Positions 48,728-56,613 of a stretch of DNA of 62,419 bases are shown here, piece by piece. Made by a program: the position numbers and the translations under genes. The notes under the pieces are model-generated. The model had not been told where the DNA came from, did not search any database, and saw only the letters and a program-made list of their open reading frames with translations. The DNA lies in the NCBI GenBank assembly GCA_964008355.1, contig CAXGBD010000001.1:1-62419 (forward strand). Direction: 5' to 3'. Position 1 is the stretch's first letter. Every line of letters begins with the position of its first letter. This DNA is from an uncultured Gammaproteobacteria bacterium (GTDB lineage: Bacteria; Pseudomonadota; Gammaproteobacteria; Steroidobacterales; UBA11654).

Positions 48728-50860
48728 TTATTTTTCCAGTAACGCATTCAAGGCAAAACCATAAACATCTGAAATATTATCAATGATCTTATCTTTTGGT
48801 GTTCCGGCTCCATGGCCTGCCCGAGTTTCAATCCGAATTAAAATTGGATTCTCACAATTTTGAGCACGCTGCATTCTGGCAGCAAATTTATAGGAGTGTG
48901 AGGGAACAACTCGATCATCTAATTCGGAAGTGGTGATCAGCGTTGGTGGGTAACATTGATCATCTTTGATATTGTGATAGGGAGAGTATTTTATTATCAC
49001 CTTGAAATCATCTTCTTTTTCAGGCGATCCATAATCGCTTTCCCAAGCCCATCCAATGGTAAATTTATTAAACCTCAGCATATCCATGACCCCAACACCA
49101 GGCAGGGTAGCACCAAAAAGCTCCGGTCTTTGCAGTAGCGTTGCCCCAACCAATAACCCGCCATTGGAACGTCCTTCAATGGTGGTCAGATCTGGTCTCG
49201 AATAGCCTTCTCTGTGGAGATATTCTGCAGCTGCTGCAAAGTCATCGAACACATTTTGTTTGTTGTGCAACATTCCTTGTTGGTGCCATTGTTCACCGTA
49301 TTCACCGCCACCTCTAAGATTGGGTATGGCAACCACACCACCCATTTTCATCCAAGCAAAATATCTTTCTCGAAATCCAGGTAGGATAGAAATATCAAAA
49401 CCACCATATCCATAAAGTAATAAAGGATTGTCATGATTGAATGAGATCCCTTTTTGGTGAGAAATGAACATCGGAATCAGAGTTCCGTCTCTGCTTTCAT
49501 AGAAAACCTTATTGCTGACGTATTCGTCTGCATTGTAACCTGGAACTTTTCTCTTCCAAATGGTGTTGAGAGTATCTAGGGAAGCGTCATATTTAAAAAT
49601 TTCATTGGGTAGAATGTAGTTTGAAAATGAGAAGTAAAAAGTATTGGTCTCAGGCTGTGCAGACAAACTTGAGATAGTTCCAGTTTTGGAGAATTGCATT
49701 GTTTTCTCAAGGTGTCCTTTTTTTTGATACAGATTGATTCGACTGGTTACATCGACCAAATACTGACAGAGTAGAAAATCTTTTAGCTCCCTGACATTGG
49801 TCAAGGGGTATTCTTTTTCAGGAATCAGTTCATGCCAATTTTCCTCTTCTGATTGATTAATATCTATAGCTATGACTCTGCCCATTGGCGCATTGAGATC
49901 AGTAAAAAACCAAAAGATAGTACCCTCATTCCCAACGAAACTAAATTGGGCTTTGAGTTCTCCAATGAGTTCTATGAAATCACTGTTGTCATTAGACAGA
50001 TCTTTATAAAAGATTCTATTTCTCTCATCCGTCCCTTCACTGATGCTAAGCACCAGGTATTTGCCATCTTCACTCACTGTTGCTCCAAAGCCCCATTCTG
50101 GATGGTCTGGGCGTACAAAAATCAACTGGTCTTCAGTCTGGTTTTGACCAAGCTTATGAAAAAACAACCTTTGGCTGGTATTCAGGCTTTCATATTCATC
50201 GCCTGCTTTAGGCTTTTCATAAGCAGAGTAATAGAAACCAGAGTTGTCTTTGGCCCATTCTGCATTGCTAAATTTAGACCAAGCGATGCTGTCTTTTAAA
50301 TTCTTGCCTGTTTTGATATTTCTTATCTTCCAAGTTTTCCAATCAGAGCCGCCATCAGCAATGGCGTAGGCTATTAATTCTGAGTTTGGGCTGACATCGA
50401 CACCACCAAGAGCAATAGTTCCATCATCTGAAAATGTGTTTGGATCTAGAACCAATTGCTGTTTTTCTTGATGAGTGTCCCTAAAAAATAATTTACTTTG
50501 TTGCCATTCTCCACTATTGAAATAAAAGAAAGTTTTAGATTGCACACGAAATGGAACAGATCTGGTTTCTTTGTCGTAGGCCTTGATGAGAATGTTTTTA
50601 ATGCTTTGCTTCTGCTTGACATCATGCAAATAGTTTTGGCTAAACTGGTTTTGTTGCTTGATCCAATCTTTGGTTTCTTTGGAATTAAGGTCTTCCAGCC
50701 ATCGATAGGGATCCGCGATTGCTTGTCCATGATAATGATCAGAGACATCAGTAGTTTTAGAAAATGGATACTCGTTGTTTTTTGTGTGTCCTAGAGTTGC
50801 ATATAGAGTTACTATAAGACAAGCGGATACAAAATAGCATTTGATGGATAGATCTTTCAT
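48728..50860 (-). CDS. prolyl oligopeptidase (S9A), exported
   Basis: 710 aa. N-terminal propeller region (DPYRWLED) and catalytic GRSNGGLLVG Ser motif. Signal peptide present. Confidence 0.9.
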   Translation of the reverse strand: MKDLSIKCYFVSACLIVTLYATLGHTKNNEYPFSKTTDVSDHYHGQAIADPYRWLEDLNSKETKDWIKQQNQFSQNYLHDVKQKQSIKNILIKAYDKETRSVPFRVQSKTFFYFNSGEWQQSKLFFRDTHQEKQQLVLDPNTFSDDGTIALGGVDVSPNSELIAYAIADGGSDWKTWKIRNIKTGKNLKDSIAWSKFSNAEWAKDNSGFYYSAYEKPKAGDEYESLNTSQRLFFHKLGQNQTEDQLIFVRPDHPEWGFGATVSEDGKYLVLSISEGTDERNRIFYKDLSNDNSDFIELIGELKAQFSFVGNEGTIFWFFTDLNAPMGRVIAIDINQSEEENWHELIPEKEYPLTNVRELKDFLLCQYLVDVTSRINLYQKKGHLEKTMQFSKTGTISSLSAQPETNTFYFSFSNYILPNEIFKYDASLDTLNTIWKRKVPGYNADEYVSNKVFYESRDGTLIPMFISHQKGISFNHDNPLLLYGYGGFDISILPGFRERYFAWMKMGGVVAIPNLRGGGEYGEQWHQQGMLHNKQNVFDDFAAAAEYLHREGYSRPDLTTIEGRSNGGLLVGATLLQRPELFGATLPGVGVMDMLRFNKFTIGWAWESDYGSPEKEDDFKVIIKYSPYHNIKDDQCYPPTLITTSELDDRVVPSHSYKFAARMQRAQNCENPILIRIETRAGHGAGTPKDKIIDNISDVYGFALNALLEK

Positions 50861-50898
50861 AATTTTTATTAAAGATTATACATCTTTGGAGTAACACC

Positions 50899-51282
50899 AT
50901 GGAACAGGTACTTGAGAACGTAGGCTTCATTCAGAACGGGGTCATATTGCCCGGCTTTATATTTGGTGTAGTTCATGTTGGTCTTGTTATTTTGGGCTTT
51001 TATACAGGCTGGAGCATCAACCGTTTATTAAAAAATATTACCAAAGGATACATTGCTGGGATCATTGGTGCCGGCATGGCTCATGTCCTTGCTGATTTGA
51101 TAGCGGCCATTGTTGACCCAACTATGAGGGCAAGAACTCTAGGCATTGTCCTGGGAGGCTTGTTACCTTTAATTTTCATACCCTTTCTAGACAAGTATGT
51201 CACCAAAAGTAGCAGTCATATTATGGTTGGTGATCACGAAGATATTGAAAAAGACTTATCCGAGGATCACCACCATCACTGA
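50899..51282 (+). CDS. small membrane protein with acidic/His-rich C-terminal tail ending HHHH
   Basis: 127 aa with three hydrophobic helices and the tail VGDHEDIEKDLSEDHHHH. No family recognised. Confidence 0.5.
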   Translation: MEQVLENVGFIQNGVILPGFIFGVVHVGLVILGFYTGWSINRLLKNITKGYIAGIIGAGMAHVLADLIAAIVDPTMRARTLGIVLGGLLPLIFIPFLDKYVTKSSSHIMVGDHEDIEKDLSEDHHHH

Positions 51283-51390
51283 AAAGCTCCAAAGCCCCCT
51301 TTCTAATTAACTTCCAAGACGATGAGGGTATCTAGGTTAACTGCCATTTATTAGCAAATAGTAAACAAAAAAATATAAGCTACTGTCTTA

Positions 51391-51410
51391 TTGTTGTATT
51401 ATTACAACAA
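51391..51410. repeat. inverted repeat TTGTTGTA-ttat-TACAACAA (candidate operator/hairpin)
   Basis: Read directly: 8-bp perfect arms with a 4-nt centre, about 40 bp upstream of the putative -35 of the TBDR gene. Confidence 0.4.
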
Positions 51411-51448
51411 ATCATTTCAAATCAACGGCATTATTTGTCATGTTTCTT

Positions 51449-51476
51449 TTGACAATAAGTCGTATTTGTTTATGAT
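51449..51476 (+). promoter_or_regulatory. sigma70-like promoter for the TBDR gene: TTGACA - 16 nt - TATGAT
   Basis: Consensus -35 at 51449-51454 and a 5/6 -10 at 51471-51476. This would give a 5' UTR of about 75 nt. The inverted repeat TTGTCA(51435)-N9-TGACAA(51455) overlaps the -35. Confidence 0.45.
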
Positions 51477-51559
51477 CGTCACTATTAGATGGCAGGATCA
51501 CTCTCTATCTACTTATAAGGGAAAGAACGCTGCCAAATATAATAAAGAGGGATAATATA

Positions 51560-54385
51560 ATGAAGAAATTTAATCAGGCCTTATTTGGTTTGTCATTACT
51601 AGTTTTTGTACTCGTTGGCACGCCCACACTGAAGGCACAAGACGCTGATGCAAGCGTAGATATAGAGGAAATCACTGTTACTGGTTCTAGGATCAAAAGA
51701 GAGTCCATTAACTCTGCTTCAGTTGTATCTACAATCTCATCACGAGACATTGAACAAAGCCAAGCATTAATCATTGCTGACGCTTTAAGGCTGTCGACCT
51801 ATAACACTTTTGGGTCTAACCCACCTAGTGCTGGTAACTCTGCCATGTCTAACACCACGATTAACCTAAGAGGATTGGGCTCCAGTAGAACTTTGGTTCT
51901 TATGGATGGCAGGAGATTACCTGGTTCCCCACATTTGGGTGGAGCGGGTGCTGTTAACATCAATATGATACCAACAGTTGCTGTGGAAAGAGTGGACATA
52001 CTTGCTGATGGAGCATCTTCTGTTTACGGATCAGATGCGATCGCAGGTGTTGTTAACGTGATTACCAAAAAGAATTTTGACGGTTTAGAATTTCAATACA
52101 GAATGGGCGATCGTGATCGAGACGATGGGTCGGAGAATTCAGTATCTATGCTCTATGGTGCTACCAATGATAAAGGTTACATCACTTTCATGGCAGAACA
52201 TGATATTCGGGATGAGATTTACCTTAAAGACAGATGGTACACTGCAGCACGTGCTTCCGATCAAAATGGAGACGGCGTTATTGATCTATACAACGAAACC
52301 TACGGTTTAAGTTGGTATTCAAGAAACCTTGCCGATCCAGTGACAGGAAATATTTTTGCTGCACCTACTTGTGAGGGTAATATTGATGGATCTACAACTC
52401 CATGGTGGGGTGGTGATTTTGGTGGCGCTGCTTTCGGGCAACCTGCCACGACTACTCCTTCCTATGCTGGAGCAACTCCTCAGGGTATTTGTGGATATGC
52501 ATGGGCCGATATCATGGTCCAAGATGCTGGCTTGTATAGAGATACAATGACAGCAAACATTGAACATCAAATTGCCGATAGAGTGAAATTCTATAGCAGA
52601 GCAAATTTTGTTCGCAACGAATCAGTAGGTCGTTATGCACCTCCTGCTGCTCGATATCCAGGAATTCTAGCTTCCGATGCTGCCAATCCTTTTGATGTAG
52701 ATGTAACAGGCTACTGGAGATGGACAGAGATCGGCAACAGAGGCATGCACTTTGTTGATCAGGGCACCGATGTAGTTACTGAGTTCACTTTTGATGTCAC
52801 CGATGACATTGAAGTTAAACTCGGACATCAAGTCAATAAGTTCTATGGAACAGATATTGGTAGATACTACCTTGATTACGCTGGTCTAGCTTCCAACCTT
52901 TACTACGAGACACCTTTTGGTTCAGAAGATGGTCTGTATGCTTTATCTGCCACAACAGTTGTTGAGTATGACAACCATTATGAGAAGATAGATTTAGTCG
53001 CTCAATTCAGTAACTTAATGGAACTACCAGGTGGTTCTGTGGACGTTGTTGTTGGATATGAAGGTTTTGACAACCGGTATTCAGCTCAATACGACAAACA
53101 CTCCGAGGGAGGTTATGTTGGTGGATCTGCTGGTAACTCAGGAACAGGCACTAGGAATGTAGATTCATTCTTTGGTGAAGCTGTTTTCCCAGTGATGGCA
53201 GGACTTGAGCTCAATGCTTCGGTCAGGACTGATGATTATAGCGATGTTGGTTCAAGCGAGTCTTTCAAGTTTGGAGTGCTTTGGGACGGTTTTTTGACAG
53301 GCACTACTATGAAGGCGAACTATGGTGAGGGCTTTAGAGCACCTTCCATGGACACACTTTATGGAGTAACCACTTTTAGTGCGAATACTGCATATGACTA
53401 CAAAGCTTGTGCTGCAGCTGGATTAGCTACTACCGAATGTGCTTCAAAGCAAATATCAACCCTGATTGTTGCCAATAGTCAGCTTGGTGCTGAGGAATCT
53501 GAAGGATTGACTTTCAGTGTAGCGCATGATTTTGGTAGCTGGAATGATCGGTTGGAAGGTCTGAATGTTCGGTTTGACTATTACAACATCAAAATTTCAG
53601 ATGCAATCGTAAGTGCTGGAACGCAAGACGTCATGTGGACTGATTTTATCGGCGGAGCTTTGCTTACTAACAACGTACAATTCTTTGATGCAGCAGGTGT
53701 TGCTGGAGATGGATCAGCCGCTGGAGCTCCAGTTGGTTCTGGTTCAGTGGGAGATGCTTGCCCAGCTGGCGCAACCTACGTCAAAAGATTAGGCGAGCAA
53801 GATTCTATTTACACAATCAGAAGTTGTGCAAACGGAAGAATTGACTATGTTGGTGCTAGTTATGCTAATGCTGGTAGTGTTGAAGTTAAAGGTTGGGATC
53901 TATTTGTTAATTACACCAGAGACTTAGGTCCAGGTGTCTTTGATGTATCCTTTGATTACTCCAACATGACCGATTACGACACTGATGCCTACACAGGAAG
54001 TTCAAGAACAGTGAATAACATTGGTTTTGATGGTGTCCCAGAGAATAGATGGAACCTTAATGTGGGTTACGAATGGGGTCGTTTTGGCGTCATTGTGACC
54101 AACAGGCACATAGGTGATTACAGACAAAGTTCTGCACCAGAAAGTGTCGGTGGTGAATTAACCGGTGGTCTTGTGAAAGCAGGTAACACCCAGGACGAAT
54201 ACGACACCTATGATATCCAAGCGTATGCTGACTTTGATCAGTGGGGCGTAGTTAGTCTAGGTATGATTAACGTTGCTGATGAAGATCCATTGACGGATAA
54301 TGGAGGTCAGAACTATGATGCCTATACAGGTCTTTACGATAACAGAGGAAAAATTAGCTATCTTAAGTGGAAAATTAGTTTCTAA
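51560..54385 (+). CDS. TonB-dependent receptor
   Basis: Signal peptide, EEITVTGSRIKRES, INLRGLGSSRTLVLMDGRR and YGSDAIAGVVNVITK plug motifs. 941 aa, terminal ...KWKISF. Confidence 0.92.
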   Translation: MKKFNQALFGLSLLVFVLVGTPTLKAQDADASVDIEEITVTGSRIKRESINSASVVSTISSRDIEQSQALIIADALRLSTYNTFGSNPPSAGNSAMSNTTINLRGLGSSRTLVLMDGRRLPGSPHLGGAGAVNINMIPTVAVERVDILADGASSVYGSDAIAGVVNVITKKNFDGLEFQYRMGDRDRDDGSENSVSMLYGATNDKGYITFMAEHDIRDEIYLKDRWYTAARASDQNGDGVIDLYNETYGLSWYSRNLADPVTGNIFAAPTCEGNIDGSTTPWWGGDFGGAAFGQPATTTPSYAGATPQGICGYAWADIMVQDAGLYRDTMTANIEHQIADRVKFYSRANFVRNESVGRYAPPAARYPGILASDAANPFDVDVTGYWRWTEIGNRGMHFVDQGTDVVTEFTFDVTDDIEVKLGHQVNKFYGTDIGRYYLDYAGLASNLYYETPFGSEDGLYALSATTVVEYDNHYEKIDLVAQFSNLMELPGGSVDVVVGYEGFDNRYSAQYDKHSEGGYVGGSAGNSGTGTRNVDSFFGEAVFPVMAGLELNASVRTDDYSDVGSSESFKFGVLWDGFLTGTTMKANYGEGFRAPSMDTLYGVTTFSANTAYDYKACAAAGLATTECASKQISTLIVANSQLGAEESEGLTFSVAHDFGSWNDRLEGLNVRFDYYNIKISDAIVSAGTQDVMWTDFIGGALLTNNVQFFDAAGVAGDGSAAGAPVGSGSVGDACPAGATYVKRLGEQDSIYTIRSCANGRIDYVGASYANAGSVEVKGWDLFVNYTRDLGPGVFDVSFDYSNMTDYDTDAYTGSSRTVNNIGFDGVPENRWNLNVGYEWGRFGVIVTNRHIGDYRQSSAPESVGGELTGGLVKAGNTQDEYDTYDIQAYADFDQWGVVSLGMINVADEDPLTDNGGQNYDAYTGLYDNRGKISYLKWKISF

Positions 54386-54412
54386 AGCTAGTTAGATTTC
54401 CTTAGAAATAAG

Positions 54413-54442
54413 AAGGGCGGTTTTATAACCGCCCTTTTTTTT
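54413..54442. terminator. intrinsic terminator, probably bidirectional
   Basis: AAGGGCGGTT-ttat-AACCGCCCTT, a 10-bp perfect stem followed by T8 and preceded by an A-rich run. It lies between convergent genes. Confidence 0.8.
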
Positions 54443-54462
54443 AATTAGATTTATAGCTCTCT

Positions 54463-54780
54463 TTACTTTCTACCCCAGGGTCCTGCAGAGTTAAAATCCA
54501 TGCTTGTCTCTTCTACGTCACATCTAAATGTTTTGGTGATTGGGTCAAAGTCTAGACGCTCTAATGAGTTCCCCCACCAACGTTCTTCTTTTGGAATATC
54601 TTGGACACATTGCAGTACGTTATTGATATCAACCTGACCATCTTTGACTACAATTTTGTGTTTGGATTTGAAGTTATGGTGTAAGAGAGGATAACTACCA
54701 TCTGGTGCATTCGTTGAGGTATCTACAACGTCAGTGCCTTCCCTGAAAATTGACCAGATTATTTCTTGTGAATTATTCAT
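54463..54780 (-). CDS. hypothetical protein, 105 aa, no family recognised
   Basis: Clean ORF with an ATG start, no signal peptide and a Trp-rich C-terminal half (ERWWGNS, GPWGRK). Divergent from the hydroxylase gene. Confidence 0.5.
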   Translation of the reverse strand: MNNSQEIIWSIFREGTDVVDTSTNAPDGSYPLLHHNFKSKHKIVVKDGQVDINNVLQCVQDIPKEERWWGNSLERLDFDPITKTFRCDVEETSMDFNSAGPWGRK

Positions 54781-54824
54781 TTTATTCCAAGTAAAAATAA
54801 TGCATGATTTTTTCTCTTCAGTAT

Positions 54825-54838
54825 TTGATTTAAATCAA
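54825..54838. repeat. perfect 14-bp palindrome TTGATTTAAATCAA in a divergent promoter region
   Basis: Read directly. It is centred in the 90-bp gap between the 54780 (-) and 54871 (+) starts. Confidence 0.35.
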
Positions 54839-54870
54839 TTTAACCCGACAACTAGGTATTTACTGCCCTG

Positions 54871-55461
54871 ATGTGGGAAAATAGCATCATGGATATCGAT
54901 ACCCCTCTCAGAGAACTTGGACCTGTAGATAGCACTGATTTACGTGAGATGATCTTAGCTCAAGAGGCTGTTGCCTGGGAAGAAGACCAATATCGACAAG
55001 ACACATATGAGGTCCATAGAACAACTAAATCAATTGTCATGATCTTTGTGGATACCGATCAGTGGCCAGATATAAAAGTGAGCAAGGAAGCTGGATGGAA
55101 TCGCCTTGCTGACGTTGCCTTACCCTTAATGAATGACATCATTGAGCGCCACTATTCACCTGGGGGAACGGTCATTAGAGCGATGGCTGCTAAACTTCTT
55201 GCAGGGATGAATATTGAAACGCATTGGGATAAGCATCCATCATTTCATTGCGGACATCGCATTCATGTGCCCATCACAACCAATCCTCGCGTGAGATTCA
55301 ATATCTCTGGGCAACCCTATCACTTTAAAGTTGGTGAGGCCTATGAAATCAATAATCAAAAAACGCACTCTGTAATGAATAAAGGGACCGAAGATCGTAT
55401 TACTTTTATTTTCGATTATGTGCCGCTTGGGGAAATTGAAAAGCTACCTGCATCAGTTTGA
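54871..55461 (+). CDS. aspartyl/asparaginyl beta-hydroxylase-family cupin (2OG/Fe oxygenase)
   Basis: ETHWDKHP...GHRIHVPITTNPRVRFNISGQPYHFKVGEAYEINNQKTHSVMN fits the AspH/LpxO-family core pattern. 196 aa, soluble. Confidence 0.75.
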   Translation: MWENSIMDIDTPLRELGPVDSTDLREMILAQEAVAWEEDQYRQDTYEVHRTTKSIVMIFVDTDQWPDIKVSKEAGWNRLADVALPLMNDIIERHYSPGGTVIRAMAAKLLAGMNIETHWDKHPSFHCGHRIHVPITTNPRVRFNISGQPYHFKVGEAYEINNQKTHSVMNKGTEDRITFIFDYVPLGEIEKLPASV

Positions 55462-55499
55462 TTGAGTGATACCTTGGAATGTCTGGCGGTATTAAGTTC

Positions 55500-56390
55500 C
55501 TAATTTGTATTTTTTTTACCGATCCCTGATTGACTAATCGCTACTGGGATATTGGTTAACTTTTCTGGGGCAATAATATGTGCTCCCGATACTCCTGGTA
55601 TTTTTGATAGTGCCTGCAGTTGTTCAACACAGATGGCGATTCCTTCTTTTTCAGGGTTTTTTGCATTACTTAAACGGGTGACGATATCATTAGGAATGAT
55701 GACATTGGGTCTGTTTTTTCTTACCCACTGCGCATCTTCTGCTGAGCTCAAGATTGCAATTCCTACCACTACATGACAACGCCATAAAAGCTTAATCTCA
55801 GACAAGCGTTTCATATAAATATGCAGTAAATCCATATCCAGGCAGGTATGGGTGAAGACAAACTGGGCGCCTGCATCTACTTTTTCTGTTATGTTTTTTG
55901 CTGGCCAACCTGATTTTGGTCTATGGGCAGTGACCACACCACCGAGAAAAAAATTTCGTGGAGAATCAATATTCCCATCATTTTTCATGATATTGGCAAT
56001 TTGAATGAGTTCGGTGGCAGTGACATCCATGATGGCTTTGGGTCTCGGTTGAAAATCATCAGGCACTTTATCTCCTCGCACAAGTGAGATGCTGGCGATA
56101 CCCAGTGCCGAGCAACCCAGTAAATCACTTAAAAGTGAAATACGATTTCTATTTCTACAACTTAATTGCACGATTGGATCTATCCCAACACCCAAGAGTA
56201 GTACCCCTGCAGCTAAACTGGACATATGCACGCGTCCTGATTGATTGTCTGTGATGAGTATGGCGTCTACATAATCACGAAGAATATCTGCTTGAATCTG
56301 GATGCCATTAGAATTAGTCTCAGGCTTAAGAAAGATTTCCGATGTGATAACAAAATCCTGGGTATTAAGGGCTGTTCTAAAATTCTTCAA
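55500..56390 (-). CDS. methylenetetrahydrofolate reductase (MTHFR) family protein
   Basis: Blocks align with E. coli MetF: ILITDNQSGRVHMSS vs SVTYGANSGERDRTH; QLSCRNRN...ISLVRGD vs HLTCID...IVALRGD; EKVDAGAQFVFTH vs RKVDAGANRAITQ. 296 aa. Confidence 0.7.
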   Translation of the reverse strand: MKNFRTALNTQDFVITSEIFLKPETNSNGIQIQADILRDYVDAILITDNQSGRVHMSSLAAGVLLLGVGIDPIVQLSCRNRNRISLLSDLLGCSALGIASISLVRGDKVPDDFQPRPKAIMDVTATELIQIANIMKNDGNIDSPRNFFLGGVVTAHRPKSGWPAKNITEKVDAGAQFVFTHTCLDMDLLHIYMKRLSEIKLLWRCHVVVGIAILSSAEDAQWVRKNRPNVIIPNDIVTRLSNAKNPEKEGIAICVEQLQALSKIPGVSGAHIIAPEKLTNIPVAISQSGIGKKNTN

Positions 56391-56613
56391 TTTATTATTA
56401 GCTGCTTTAGGATGCTTACATTATTTGTCGATGATGGAAAAACTAAAGGTATAAGGTTCCTCAATAATGTGCAAGCCAGAATTATAAGTTGACGGATAAT
56501 TTATACTAGGCTGGAGTTTCAAGACATCCTATGATGGACTCTTAATATTAACAGAAATTGAGGATGAAACTATTTCAACTAAGTTAAATCAACAACAAGC
56601 ATTTAAGCAAGCA

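Noticed and set aside
51283-51559. Riboswitch (cobalamin, TPP or similar) in the long leader before the TBDR
   Set aside because: No B12-box-like GCCACTG, no TPP CTGAGA core and no other conserved riboswitch core that I recognise. The only stem in the predicted UTR is 6 bp (TGGCAG/CTGCCA), which is not significant.
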